A stretch of DNA of 61,383 nt, the filler included, from Sphacelaria rigidula (lineage: Eukaryota): NCBI GenBank assembly GCA_964200075.2. It is 9 parts of 9 records of this genome, joined end to end, with 100 filler letters (N's around TTAATTAATTAA, not from the genome) between each part and the next. Parts side by side here need not be neighbours in the genome. Positions count along the whole stretch, not along the records: positions 20,497 to 27,228 come from CAXNAA020018366.1; positions 27,329 to 34,059 come from CAXNAA020018367.1; positions 34,160 to 40,890 come from CAXNAA020018368.1; 6 more parts are not named here. The stretch is one strand, 5' to 3'. The notes beneath the pieces were generated by a model. It worked only from the letters and a program-made list of their open reading frames with translations, had not been told where the DNA came from and did not search any database. Shown here piece by piece: positions 25,991 through 39,574 of this stretch. Both the position numbers and the translations under genes were made by a program. Position 1 is the stretch's first letter. The number at the start of each line of letters is the position of its first letter.

Positions 25991-26250
25991 ACGCTTGGGT
26001 TCGTTTCTCGTCAATTTCGCCTACATGAGGCGCTTTACGCAGTCTGAAACCAAGCAATCAGGTGCTGCATACCTATTTTCTTCGTGGCAATTTTGGGCTG
26101 GCGTGAAGGAGAGGGTTGCGTCGAATGACTCCGTCACAGTAACGGGGCCGGGATGGACTGCCCTCTTCAAAAGCCCTGTGAATTGAGGAGCGTTTTTTGT
26201 TTTGCCCGCAAGAGATCTACTATCGAAAGGGGGGGACGGGGGGATGGGGC

Positions 26251-26461
26251 TGTAATGCGTGAGAGGATCGCGTGCTTAGAGGACCGCGCCGTAGTCCAAA
26301 ACACCCCAGGATCGACGTTTTTCGAAACCAATCGTGCCAGTCCCTGCAGGAACCACGCCCCTGACTCTAACCCCAACACTAACCCTAGCCCTAACCCCAA
26401 TCATGGAGATGTTCAGATTCAGATGCGGTCCTCTAAGCACGCGGTCCTCTCACGCATTACA
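26251..26461 (+). mobile_element. Telomeric-repeat-carrying MITE, copy C
   Basis: Full TIRs, a perfect 5-bp TSD GGGGC on both sides, and a degenerate CCCTAA array. Confidence 0.92.
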
Positions 26462-27007
26462 GGGGCGCTCTCACTTTTTGGTTGCCCTCATCACTTGGCC
26501 ACTGATCCCGCATCCCTCCCGAGATAAGGGCATCGTTCCTATTCCTCGAACAGACACCTTCAACCTTTGGGCGCTCATCACGGTTCTTCTAAACATTATC
26601 AAAACTGCTATCGCCTCCATGTCTCGCCGTCTGTGTCCACCATCGATCTCCCAGTATAGCATTCGCTTTCTCGCTACCATCTAATGTACACAACCAACCG
26701 GCGTTCTTGAATGCACAACCTCCTCACGCCGTTTACATGACCATGACAGTTTTTGGGGTCTGCACGTTTTGTGGTGCGGGAAAAGGTGTGGGTGCAGCAC
26801 GTTCATCCCTCATCATGGACTGCAAGTGCTTCACCCATGAGAGGCTATTGTGTGATGTGATCAGGAATGTAGCTAGCTGTTATTTCTGGTATGACCAGCG
26901 GGTACGAGGAGCGGGTATCTTAGGCGGAGAGTTGAGCGCCATCTGGATCAGCCGTTCGTCAGCTGCAACGTTTGGAACACGAGTACGTCGCTGGTCGCTA
27001 TCGTGTG

Positions 27008-27133
27008 GTAATGCGTGAGAGGACCGCGTGTTTAGAGGACCGCATCGGAATATTAACATCCCTATGGTTAGGGTTAGGGTTAGGGTTAGGGTTGTGGTCA
27101 GGGGCGTGGTACTTGCGGGGACTGATCTAGTTG
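27008..27133 (-). mobile_element. Telomeric-repeat-carrying MITE, copy D (truncated, reverse)
   Basis: One TIR GTAATGCGTGAGAGGACCGCGTGTTTAGAGGACCGC followed by (TTAGGG)4. The second TIR is missing. Confidence 0.85.
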
Positions 27134-28199
27134 GAGTCAACCTACAATAGGGGGGGGGGGGGGGTATTTTGGGCCATTTCTCGCACGAAATTCCAGGTCA
27201 AATCGTCGTTAAGGGCAGCAACGGTTGCNNNNNNNNNNNNNNNNNNNNNNNNNNNNNNNNNNNNNNNNNNNNTTAATTAATTAANNNNNNNNNNNNNNNN
27301 NNNNNNNNNNNNNNNNNNNNNNNNNNNNTTGGTGGTTTTTTTTGTTGGTTTTTTTTGTCTCTGGTGTGGGTTGTTTGTGGGGGGGGGGGGGGGGGGGGGG
27401 GGGGATCCGAGCTGTGTTGGTTCATCATGTCCCCAAAAACGCAAGGAACATGAACACGCAAGCGAAGAATATCCACGCCCCTTACCGCATACTAGGGGAC
27501 ACTGCAAGCATCATTCATCTCATTGTCAGTGCCGAGCCGTGGCGTGCCGCTGAGCAGCGTGCGGAACAGGATGGTCTCGAAATGTACCTGTATTATTGAG
27601 GTCAAGACTCAAGGGTCGTATGAATGAATGCTTCGTCTGGAAATGACTTGATTCTTGGGTGATTGATGCGTACCGTACGAATCACTCCTTGGGCTTTTAT
27701 TACAGCGTCGCAACCCAGGTACTGTACGCACACCCCAAGCACGCGGAATGACGCAAAAATTGCGTGGAGACAGACCTTTTTGGGCAGCGGTCGACTTTTT
27801 TTCTCTCTTTCGAGCAATCAGGCCTCGTTGATTTGGTGATTCCAACAGGCGATGATTCGTCCGAACCGTGGAAGACTTCGAAACACCAACGACGCCCTTT
27901 TCCACGCCATGTTCGCGTGGATGCGTCGCACAGTGTGCAACACCAACAGCCGCACGCAGTTAGCGCATAGCTCCTGTACGGGCCAGGAACATGCACTCTT
28001 GAAAAGGCTTCAGACGGTCGGCCACATACACCATCGGCCGTAATAGCCTGAGACATGCAATATCCTCGTCCCAACTCTCACCACAAGCCCGACAATCTCG
28101 CAACAATTCCTTCTCAATGAAGGCTCTCACATCGCTTTCGAGAGTTGAGCGCACAATTTTCAGGGGGGGGGGGCAGTATTCTGATGGTGGGGTGGGTGG

Positions 28200-28760
28200 G
28201 TGACGTACTCATGATCTTGCATGCCGTAGTCGAAAGACCGTTGACCTCACATCCCTGCAAAGCCGGGACGGAGCACGCCGGCCTTTCCCCGGATCAGGTT
28301 CGCACTCGATCACCAAGCGCGAAACTCGAGGGATGTGTTCGGCGAGTCGCATAGAGGTATCATGAGGGAGGGAGGGGGCGTACTTATTTGTTGCTTGCCT
28401 AAGTCCTTTGATCATTGACCACGCATCCCTTTCGAGATGGAGCACCGTTCCTACTCCCAGGCATGATCATGAGCGTACCCCCTCCCCCTCTCTCCCTCGC
28501 ATCCCTACAAAGCCGGGACGGAGCACGCTGGGTTTTCGCCGGACCAGGCTCGCACTCAAACCACCAATTGCGAGTGTCGTGGTGTGCTCGGCGAGTCGCA
28601 TGAAGGGTGAGCTGCATCCTGCTAGGATTGTTCGGTCCGAGGACTACTGATTACCTTGCATTTGGATGACAGCCTACAAGGAGTTGATTTATTTTCTGGT
28701 ATCGCCACTTCCAGAGACAGCCACGGCTTTTACACTGCCTCCTGGGTGTCTCACCGTAGA
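28200..28760 (-). repeat. Cluster of three poly-C-tail family copies; the longest extends 5' into sequence shared with 1-75
   Basis: 28490-28680 is homologous (reverse complement) to 52035-52225. 28682-28756 closely matches 1-75 (TTTTCTGGTATCGCCACTTCCAGAGACAGCCACG). Confidence 0.75.
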
Positions 28761-30056
28761 CCCACTACGTGGTACGATCATCCTCATTGTGCGGAGTTGA
28801 GGTGTGGGGGGGGAAAGTTGGCTGTTTTATTGCGTGATTTGCAAGTGACGGTTGATCCTTCCAAGCGAAAAAATGATAAAAATAATGGTTCCGCACGATT
28901 AAACTTCCTGTTATGGAGTGGTGTAACGACTACAACACAAGTCCCGCTACCTATTTTACACGTCAGAGAGACCGAGCCCCTAACACACATTACCTTTAAT
29001 GGAGACCGAGGTCGCCAATGCTTCAAGTGTGACTCGTTTCGATCGTCTCCACCTGTCCCTTGGGGTCACCCGCCGCTGGAAATGGCCAGGGACAACAAGA
29101 AACGGGTGACCCGTGCGTACGCAGTTACATTGAAACACTGCTATAATAGTGTCGGATGTGCCTTCAGATACACGTGTGACATTCCTCTCCTGGCGCGTGA
29201 AAACGGCCTGAGACATGGCTCCCGCCTACGACATAAGTCTAGATTCTTCCCCTGATCAACCTGTATTTTGGTACTTTTTGCATGGCGTGTTGCACCTAGT
29301 GCGTTGCCACGGGCGCATCCTACATGAAGTACATGCATACCGCGAGGGTAGTCCATCTGGATCACGCATACTTTTTGAAATTGAGATTGAAGCCGGTCCA
29401 ACGAATGAACTACTCTCAACGTCGAAGGGTTAAACCACATATGTCATGAAGGCGGCCGGTTTTGTGTACAGGTAGGCACAAAAGCGGGTGTGCCCCCCCC
29501 CCCCCCCCCCCAAGGTATAATCTCGGACTTGAATGGGTCCCTCGCCCTCAACTGGGAAGGGTCATCTTCACCGAGCAAGCTTCCTTTGCAATGTCCCCCA
29601 GCTCGTGTCTATACACGAGCCACCCTACCCAGCTGGACGTTGGTCCTCGTGTGCTAACCCTCTGGGGTCCAGAGGCCTCAAAAATCGGGTGTGTAGACAC
29701 GGGGCATGTTGGTGCTGGCCTTGTTTTTCCCGCCGACGCCGAACCAATCCCATCCGTAGCGGGTAGACCGACAACAGCACATTGGTGTAGATTTATTTAC
29801 CCCTCGAGACTTCGAAGCCTCAATACTCAGGCGTTAAGACACGGCATATTGTCGTTGGCCTTGAATTCCCGGCCGGTGCTCAGGCAATCATATCCGCATA
29901 GCGCGGGACGATCAAGCGACCAGCAACCAAAAACTATCTCTTAGTGCGTCAAAAAGTGCCCGGGCCACTGATGCCACCGGGGTATATCAGGAGTTGCACA
30001 CGAGTCGTGCTTTTGCGAGTTTATCGTGGAGATTGTTGACAAAACGTTGTGTATAC

Positions 30057-30170
30057 ACTAACCCTGACCCCAACCCCGATCGACGGCATACGAGAACCCT
30101 CGGATAAGGGGGGTGCAGAGAGCGTTCTAGGCAAAGGTGTGCGTTGGCAGACCTCAAATCGGCGCCGCTG
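30057..30170 (-). repeat. Telomeric-tailed repeat family copy
   Basis: The reverse complement GCCAACGCACACCTTTGCCTAGAACGCTCTCTGCACCCC...GTATGCCGTCGATCGGGGTTGGGGTCAGGGTTAG aligns by eye with 14860-14945. Confidence 0.7.
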
Positions 30171-33100
30171 ATATGGACAATAACGGGTTGCGCGTAATTT
30201 AGGAGCACCTGGGACTGTCAGCCCTTCGAAAGACCCAAATATCGGTGATAAATATAAAATCAAGTACTTTAAAACAACCATTTTACGACAAATGCGTGAG
30301 CTCTACTGGAGTGTTCACACAGTTTCATGAGCACCCCAGGTCTTTCGGGGCAAAATTGGGGTGATGCTACTATTTACATCGCCTGCGATGCAGGTGTGAC
30401 TTGCTGCTAATGTGGGGTTTGAATCCGAAATCTCCGGCCTCTTCCGACTACAATATTACATGTTCGAGCGCCACACCCCGCACGAACACATTCTGGCGAA
30501 ACGTGAAAGACCAGTGAAGGATATGACGAGTTCCGTCAGCACGCGACGACGCATCGGCGCAGCAATGGTAGCGGAGCTAAAGGCGACCATCCACCAACAG
30601 CAGCTAGTTAGAACAAGTCGGCAGCACTCAGTACAGCACTGTATATGATCCTGGGGACAGATATTCGGCTGTAGCATGTCGCCTAGAGGGGGCTTATAAC
30701 ATACCGTAGGTTGCGATTGCCCCACGAGGTTCGTTCTTGACCCTCAGTTTGCAATTTTTCACCAGTTAACCCTTTTGGTACTGGCAATAGAAAAGTGCTG
30801 ATTTCGAGGTGCTGTGTTTCCAACAAAAATATGGTTGATTGTTTGCAGCTTCCAAGGACCACTATTTTGCCCAAGGCATGTTTTTCAGACCCGCGATCGC
30901 TTCCAACTGGCGGTGAATCGCGTGAATACTGTATCGCACCTCAATCCTTCCACGTGAGGTGAGGGGATTTCTGTGTGCTCGGCCATACTACTTTGTTTCT
31001 GTGATGTGGCTTGGCACACTTGCCAAGTGTTGGGCGGGTACGACCTTCGGACTGTAGCACAGCAATACTCCGGTGGGGTGCGTCACGGCTATCAAAGTGT
31101 GCCGCAGTGCCACACGGGATTAAATATATAGAAAATTCAAAAGTGGTGCTGATTTTTGTTGTATGAAATTCAGAGCCCGCGATCGGTGCTGGTTTTTGCT
31201 GTGCACAAAGTTGATAATACTTGACCCGTTGCGTCCCCTCATCCGATTAAACTAATCCGACCGAACCGGGGCGGCATTTTTCTTTCGAGCATGACGTATT
31301 CTTGGTGATTCTTCTGTGGCCTTCCGCCGTAAAAATGGTTGTTGTTCGGTATTCTCCTTTGCCAAATTTTCTTCTTTGTCAACGCTTGAAATAATGAGGT
31401 GTCTGGACCGGGGGCAGGAGGAGAGTGTTCCCAAAGGGTTCAGGGTGTTACCTCGTGGTGCATTCAGTTGTGCTATTGTGATGACATGAGAACTTGGGAG
31501 CATGCAGAATCTTGCTAAGTAAACGGCCCTACTACTGTACCGTACACGAAAAAACATATGCCGGCACAGCTCGAAAATAACTATCGATATATTTATACGG
31601 TATAGTTTGTAGCGCAAGTTTACGGCATTTGCACGATTGCCATGATTCCATTCTACAGTACGAATCCAGAAAACTACAAATAAATGAAAGGGGTGTTATC
31701 TCCCGTGATGCTAGCGGTGTTCCGCGCAAGATCGCCAGAGAGGAAAAGACTGCGGTGGTACGTGCGCATGTCGGCAAACGATGGATATATGTACTTTCAC
31801 TGCCTGTAGTGCAGCATTGATCAGCGACGTCATATTCCGTAGCCAGGGCAAGACGACAGAGACCAAAAAGTCAGCTCTATTTTCTGCTGTGAGGGCATTT
31901 TTACCGTACACCTCCGCATTGCATTTACACAGACAGTACAGTGGATTGTCGTCCAAAGCCTGGGGTGTGCAACAGCACAGTACGACAAGGAATCGTGACT
32001 CGTTGGGAAGCCATCGTCGAAATGCTTCGAAAGGATGAGATTCTCCGCTAGTGGAATGCCCGCCCTCTCTCCTGGAGATCAAGGTTGTAAAACTTGTCAC
32101 CCCCTCATGTTTCTGTGCTACCGTGTCCCGCTCAACAGAAGAACTTCACCTCCAGCCCAGCTTCCAACCTATCGGCTTCTCGTCGAAGTCCTTCCATGTT
32201 ATTCACCCACGGCTCCTCACTGCCGCCGCCAGCACTACCCCCAACAAGCTTCTTCCTTTCTCGCAACAGATTTGCTGTCTCTTTTGAGGAGTATGCTTAG
32301 CTAACAAAAGTAGCAAGCACACCACTCTAGTTCGCCTTGGGTTCGAAGTTCTCGTTGCTGCTGTTGCTTGTCGGTTAGGCTGGTAGATGTGAGTAGTGTA
32401 CTTCCATCGTCATAATCTACTTTTTTGAAAACGTATGTTCAGCCCAGAGCCTTGGTTCAGCTGGTTTTGTCGATATTTATAGGTCTCAATGTCGATGAAG
32501 TGGGTTCTCAAAAGCGTAGTATATGATTATCTAACCAGTCAAGGAGTAAGAAATTGCTAGAAATCTAATGTCCAGGTACTGAGTGTTTTCCTTCGACTGT
32601 CAGATCGGAGCAGGAAGGCAAATTTATCGATAACCAAACACCCACAGAACCGCCGTCTGTGCCCGCTTTGCTCCTTGCTGGGTACACTGTGGAGGTGCAA
32701 GGACTCCAGATCTTGTGCCATTTCGAAGCTTCAACTGAAGGTATGGATTGGTGTGTTCGTAAACAGCTGCGTGTTGCCGACGAAGGGCAGGAATGCCGCA
32801 GATGAAAGTTGCGTGAATCGTACGGTACATACCGGTCTGTCGTACATAACACCCCCCTCCCCCTCCACAGTGGTACGACTTCAGCGTCGTCGATATTTCT
32901 GGAGAAACAAGACTGCACATATAAAAATGCTGGTCTGTGGTCAGATTTTCACGACATTTTCCGAACATCAGAAGGTTTAGTGGCGTGTTTGCCGTAGTTC
33001 CCGAAAAAACGTGCCTGTAATTTCATTTCCCTGGACGAGCGCCTGCGATTCACCATCGTTCAAACCAGCGAGCGGGCTCCCTACTGTCTGTAAACGTACT

Positions 33101-34298
33101 TTTGCCGCTTTTAACCGGGTGATCGCACTGCACACAAGGCACTGGGACTGCACCATTGTAGCCCCAAAGCATTAGCATGGTACAGGTGTAATAATTTGCG
33201 TACCGGACGTCGGCTGTGTGCCGTTTGCTCGCGAGGGTATGATAGTATCTACTACTTCCACGGTAAAATCGGTTCTGTGTTCGGCGTGCGATCCGCCGGA
33301 TGAGGGTAGCTGACGGAGTATAACACCCCCGTCGAGGATAAATATTTCGACCTCCATTCTCGAGCATGAAAAACTTTCACAGCTGACAGATCTCCTTAAT
33401 ACCAGCTGATTGGGTCGGCATCATTCATCCAGCAGCGCAAGTTACCGCGGTGCTGCTACGGTACGTTTTTCGACAGGGTCGAGCTGTTGCACACTCGATC
33501 CCTGAGGATTGATTCTACGGCCGTCATACCAGGGGGCAGCGCGGAGAAAATTTTCGGACACGTAGCCCCCCCCCCCCCTCCCGGAGGACATTTTCCCGAA
33601 AATTGTCAGGATTTTTGCGAATTTGTTTTTTTCAAGTTTGCCGCAAGGCATTGATCAAGACACACTGTTTTGTTTTTTTTCTGTCAATTTTTTTACAAGA
33701 AAATGATCAATAAACGCTGACAAAAACCGAAAAGTCTGGTGGGCTTCGTGGGGTTCGTATATATATATCTGCTTCTGCTCCTTGCCCGTTTCGTCCGGAT
33801 GACCTCGCAGATGCCGGAGAGCATTTTTTCGACAATTAAAATTATTCTGATCTTTTTTATATTTTCTATTAACCCTTTTGGGACCGGGCCTCCAGAACGA
33901 CTCCAGAACGACCAAATAGGCTGGTCAGGAATGACGTTTCTGGCGTCTGCACAAAACAGTGAAGTGTTGCTGAAAATCCGCGTATGTAACCGCAGGGTTA
34001 TGACGAAGACCGAAAGTTTCATCCAAACTATTTTCAGGTGCAGGGTGCGCATTGGGTGGNNNNNNNNNNNNNNNNNNNNNNNNNNNNNNNNNNNNNNNNN
34101 NNNTTAATTAATTAANNNNNNNNNNNNNNNNNNNNNNNNNNNNNNNNNNNNNNNNNNNNGATTAAAAGCCCACAACGGACTTTACTTATGAGACAGAGGA
34201 AGTATACCGACATTCCCCGCCCCCCGGAAAAGCCCGGTCGAGTTGAAGCCAAAGAGGGATCTGGAGGTTAAAATTCCTCATCACTGCCTTGTCATCAA

Positions 34299-34391
34299 CC
34301 CTTTCGCCGCGAGTATGGACTATCTGTTGAATCAGCATCAATATCACTTGAAAAATGACAGCGACAGGTGACCACCCTCGCGGTCGAAGGG
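34299..34391. mobile_element. piggyBac-like MITE, diverged
   Basis: TCAA|CCCTTTCGCCGCGAG ... CTCGCGGTCGAAGGG|TTAA. It shares the GTTGAATCAGCATCAAT core with 14070-14167. Confidence 0.65.
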
Positions 34392-35462
34392 TTAATGCTG
34401 GAAGTTACGCCAACAGTTGGGAATGAACCGCAGAGGGCTCTCAGTGAGCACGTGGGGCGTCGAAAACTGGCGTGCAGCATTCTGAGCCCACGAGCGGAGT
34501 CCCCTCGGTTGGTGCACCCATTTTGAGCCAAACTTTGCGCAGGTGTGCGTCCTCTTTGACTATTGCTCATCACAAGAAGACTGGGCGAGGTCCGATCGGC
34601 CGCGCTACTGCAGTGCAACGGGAACCGGTTCAAGTCCCGTCACTTGAAAAGCGTTCATGATCTTGGCCCAGTTGATGATTTCGGCCGCCAACCTGCATTT
34701 CAGCAGCACTGCTGCAGTACTATAGCGCAGCTTGATGTAGTACTAAAGAGGATATGGACGAGACACTAGCATTGCGGTGTGTTGCTGCAGTTACGCAATA
34801 GGTGTGTACGAGTAACTGCGCGCAGGCAGGATCGACATGTTTTCGAAACACATGCATGACCATCTGCCAAAGACTGAAAAATACCGTACAACAGTACTAA
34901 ATGTGACTCATGTTTCTGACATGGCTTGCACGGCAGTGTTCAGTTGGCCACGCTAGTGCAAGGCCGTGCGAACTTTTTGGAATATAATGATGACGACTTC
35001 AAGTTTACTGGCATCGGCTCAGTCAACCACGAAGTAATGAGTAAGAGAGCTTCAGTCTCTCGTAACACAGTACAGTACAGTGAAGCTGGTCCCCGGAGGG
35101 GGGGTGGTAAACACCAAAACGAGAACAGACGTCGTCATCCCTCGTCCCCCATTACCTCATTTTGCTCCATAGTCATCGCTAGAAGCAACGCCACGAACTC
35201 CAGGTACTTCAACATCACCCCCTTGAGAGCTTCAATGGCCTCCAAGTATAGTTGTCCAAGTATCGCTCAACTACAGTGGTCCGAATGCACATCCATCACG
35301 TTGGTTCTGCATGTATGTTGTCGTACTACGACCAACTGCTCGTACCGCGGGTCTGAAAATGGAAAACTCAACTCCATACGGAGCGAGATCAACCACCACC
35401 CGTCGCCTTGCGCGCCGCTCTCAGTTCACGCGTCACACGCACTTACACACTGTCTTTGCAAA

Positions 35463-38400
35463 ATGGGGGATGATCTTGGTGACGACTGGATCGGGGATGA
35501 TTTGGGGCCTGGCGATGAAGATACCTCGGCTGCTGTGTCAGGTGCTGCTTGACTCGCACGGTGTCTTTTTCTATCATACCGATGTTCACCGTTCAATTTA
35601 ACGGCCCTCCGCTGGCCCACTTCCGGGGTCGAGCTGTGCGTGCTTATAATAGCCGTACAATTGGTTTAGAAAGGATACGCTCCGTGCACGAAATGATATG
35701 CTCTACGCTTTACTTGCTAGGACGTTGATATAACGGTTTAGGTTGCTGCGGGCTGGTAGTTCCTGTTGCGATATATTATACTGCTTTTACTGTGCCGTAG
35801 CATGATATGGTACTCGTACAGTACCGTGGTTCCTACTGCTTGAAAAGGGGGTGTTATACGCCGTTACTGACGGCACCAGGGTTTCACTCACGTGGCCGTC
35901 AGTCTCCCGTCTTCCGAACACTCTAAGTAGCTCAACTTGAAGGTTGCTTGTGGCTACATTCGGTGTTCAAAAGGGCCGCCCCCTTCATTGCCTTCAGTAT
36001 CCAAAGTGAAATTCAACACATGTTCGGCCTCGTAATGTACATTTCACGACAACGTCGTCACTACTATTATATTGATGGCAATCGACGTGAAAAAGCCCAC
36101 GTTACAGTACCGTGGAGTAGTACCGTATACGGAGTATTACGGATTATGTCACCCGGAGCGATGAGAAACCCAACCTCGATTCTCGCTCAGGGTGCGACGG
36201 CCTACGAGTGGTTTTCTCCGAACCGTCCGGGGGAGTACTGGCATTGTACTGTAAGCGTTTTCCAGTGTTCACTAGTCTTCATACTAGAGCACATCTGATG
36301 CTGATCTTGAGCTCCCGTTTGCCGGCGCGAATACAAATCAACAATGAAGCAGTTGCACCCAAGTCCATCAAGAACAAGAAATCGAAAAAGGGTGCAACGG
36401 CAACTGCAAAATCTGCCGCTACCGCTGCTGCAACGTCGACCGCTGGACGAAAACGCGGCCGGTCTCAGCTGAGCCCGGAAGGCTACGAGGACGAAGACGA
36501 TGGGGACGGGGATGGGGATGGGATAGAGGAGTACGGGTCGGAGGACGAAGAGAAGAGGCAAGCGGAGGAGGAGGCGAAGCGAATAAAGGCCGCGAAAAAA
36601 AAGGAGAAGCTCAAGGCCCTCAAGGTGCTCATCCCACCTCTTGGATCTTGTATTCTCAGACCATCTTTTTTGGCAACGAATCTCGACTTGTACAACTATA
36701 AGGGTTTCAGTCCGTCTACATGCCATTTCCTCTCGTGGATTGATTTTCGGGCTCCAGTCCGGTGGGCGATATTTCCGGCTAGCTATGAGAAAACCAGATC
36801 ATTTTCCCGATTCCCTGGACATTTTATTCCGGTTCATCACCTTTCTGCTCAAACAGGGACACTACCGTATCTCCCCCGATTTGAAACACAAAATCAAGAA
36901 AAAACGGGAGAGATGCGGCAGTGTCCGGATTTGAACAGAAACGTGATGAACCGAAAGTGATTGTCCAGAGAATCGGAGAGTTGATCGGGTTTTCTCACAT
37001 CTACCCGAACAACATTGCCCAACGGATTGGGATCCGAAAAATCAATCCACGAGAGAAAATCGCCTGTAGACGAAGTGAAATCCCGATATTTGTACAAATC
37101 AAGCTTCGTTGCCATAAAAGAGTGTCTCAGCTCTGGCGTTCGGCCATCGATGCAGTGTCCCGTTCAAGTACAAGCTGTGCTTTTTTTGCTCTCCACTTTT
37201 TGTGACGAGTGCTTCCGAGGAGCGCCCGACAAGGCCGCGTATACCGCGTATCTCGCTTGTCGAACCCGACAGGCGATTGCAAGTTGTACAAGTTATAGAT
37301 TACAGAAGATCGAGTCTGAAGTACAGTGCACTTGCGTGCAAACCGTAGCGCCGTTGATATCGAGACAATTGTCCAGGCCCTGTAAAGAGCAAACCGCTTC
37401 CCTTGTCCCTTTGTTCTTCCCCGCTCGACTGCTTTGCGACCTCCACCGTCGCCGTCTCCCGCCAAAATTCCTCCAACAGACGAAGCTAAAAGAGAGGAAG
37501 AGACAGCGATTAGCAGAGGAGGGAGGGGGGAATAGTAGCGGTGGAGGCGGCGCCGGCGTCAGGAAGGGTGACAGGGGAAAGAAGGGGGAGGGAGCGGACG
37601 CCGCAAGCGAGGCGGCGGAGCTGTGGGCTAAGTTCTGCAAAGTGCGGGGCGAACTGGTGACGCCTTTGGAACTCGATCGACCCTGGATCACGCCGGAGTC
37701 GCTCGCACGCGTAGAGGGGTTCGGGGCTCACACGCTCATGAAGCTGGTGGGCTTCATCAAAGGTACATGAATGACCGCAGCTCCAACCCCCGCGCTCTCG
37801 CCCCATAGCCGTGCAGAATGTATAGCCCCAACCCTATAACCTAAACTCAAGGAGAGTACGTGAAACACCGAGACGGAATCGGTCGTGGTTTTCGCGCATC
37901 TGTTTGATCAATCCAGTGTTCTCTCTTCAGTTGCCACGGATGGATGATGCACCGCCGCAGAAGGGAGAACCGTCTTAAGTAGATGCGGCGTTTGTTTGAC
38001 ACAGTCACACCAGGCAAAGATGGTGTGCCACATAACTTGTTGGAGACAACTACGCGTAGTCCTCTTTTGCGCTCAAGTGGTCTACGTTGAGTGCTGACCA
38101 AACACTTTTGTCTTCCCCGTTAATCCTGCTTGTCTTCACGACGTGAACATTGCAGAGTAAATGTTGAGCCTATCCAAGGTTGATTCGCGCGTGCCGCGCA
38201 CTCAGCTGAAGCGAATTGCTTCACCGCTGAGCATTCCCATCGGACCATTCCGTTTCACGATTTTCCGTATCGCGTGGGTCGTCGGTATGTTTCCCCCGAT
38301 CCTGTCTAATCCACCTACGATTCCGTGTCCACATCGTGTGTTGCATTGTCGTCCGCCCCCCCCCCCTTTGTTTTTCTCCCGTGCGGTGACGGGCGGCGGC

Positions 38401-38677
38401 GGGGCATTGATCTATTGCTTGTGTCTCTCTGGGCGGGGGGGGCTCGAAATCGTATATAGCATCCTTCCCTGAGTGGAAAAAGCGTATCCAAAATCGGAAC
38501 AACAATGCTCCGAGGAGAGGCCCGTCGGTGGTGATTGTGTGCGCGGGGGCGCGTCGATGCGTGGAGGTGATGAAGCACTTGACGGCATTTCGCTGCCAGG
38601 TGGTGAAGCTGTTTGCCAAGCACCTCAAGATCGAGGAACAGAAGATTATGCTGAAGAAGGCCTGCTTTCCGTTGGCG
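35463..38677 (+). CDS. CMSS1: CMS1/CMSS1-family 90S pre-ribosome factor, partial; exons 35463-35541, 36353-36624, 37480-37762, 38460-38677
   Basis: The GT-AG exons are phase-consistent. It starts MGDDLGDDW, has an acidic/Lys-rich region, then PSVVIVCAGARRCVEVMKHLTAFRCQVVKLFAKHLKIEEQ, which matches the Cms1 KLFAKH signature. The next exon (expected VGTP motif) was not located. Confidence 0.88.
36664..37120. mobile_element. Foldback / long-TIR MITE (~455-bp imperfect palindrome) in CMSS1 intron 2
   Basis: TTTTTTGGCAACGAATCTCGACTTGTACAA..CTCGTGGATTGATTTT is mirrored by AAAATCAATCCACGAG..TTGTACAAATCAAGCTTCGTTGCCATAAAA. Confidence 0.8.
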
Positions 38678-39574
38678 GTGCGTCTGCTTTTCAAAAACAT
38701 TGTCCTGCCTGCGCGTCGATTGACCCTTTTTTCGTGTGTATATTTTATTGTTGCCAGTCGCCCAGAAGTCTGAAATTGTTGTGGACACCTAAGCATGAAA
38801 AATACCGCCCGAGGACCCTTGTAGATTGTTCATGTTGATGGTTATTGTATTTGTCTGCAACTGTTTCATGTGCTCTAGCTACTACCCAGTGTCGAAAGTG
38901 TATCTCCCTGACTCAATGACATGTAGGCTCGAGGGCCAGCGCTGGGTGTGTAGGGGATTGGCGCAACCCCACTTCGATGGTTGGAAGCGCCGTACGAAAA
39001 GTGATCCTCCAATATTGGGGGGAGGAGGGAGCGGGGGCTGGGGGGGATATCTGAGGCCACTTATTCCGTTTCGAATCTTCGTTGGAAGTAGCAACGTTTG
39101 TTTGAACGAGTTTGTTCCTAACAAAACAATAATTTATTCCACGAGACATCGTTTTCATCCAATTACAAACGCACCGCGAGTATTTAGATCGTCTGACGCA
39201 CCTGAAAACTACAGTTTTTCGTGGAATCAAACCCCCCTGACCCCCCCCCCACACACACCCTCCTATGGTAGCATCACCCCAAAACTATAAATAGCGAACT
39301 GCACGGCAAAATAGTTATTTTTTTCCTCCTGGGGACGAGAAAAAGAAAAGTGTTCTCTGATTTTGAGGCCCGTGGTCCCTGTGGTACTTACTCTCTGGGT
39401 TCCGCAGAGAGGGGCGAGCAATGTTTGCCTTCATCTCTTGAGTCGCATTCCTGGTTGCCATGGCTGAACAGTCCCATCGATATCTTGAGTCGAACTGGTG
39501 GTTGCCGTGGTTGAACACTCACACACATTAAATATATATACATATATGTGTATTCACCCGAGATTACAGCAGAA

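Noticed and set aside
26251..26461. Solo LTR interpretation (TG...CA ends, 5-bp TSD)
   Set aside because: The ~35-bp near-perfect TIRs with repeated sub-motifs, and the lack of an adjacent PBS/PPT or internal domain, favour a TIR element. Not fully excluded.
36208..37770. 250- and 251-aa ORFs as complete proteins
   Set aside because: Each is a CMSS1 exon read through into intron or foldback sequence.
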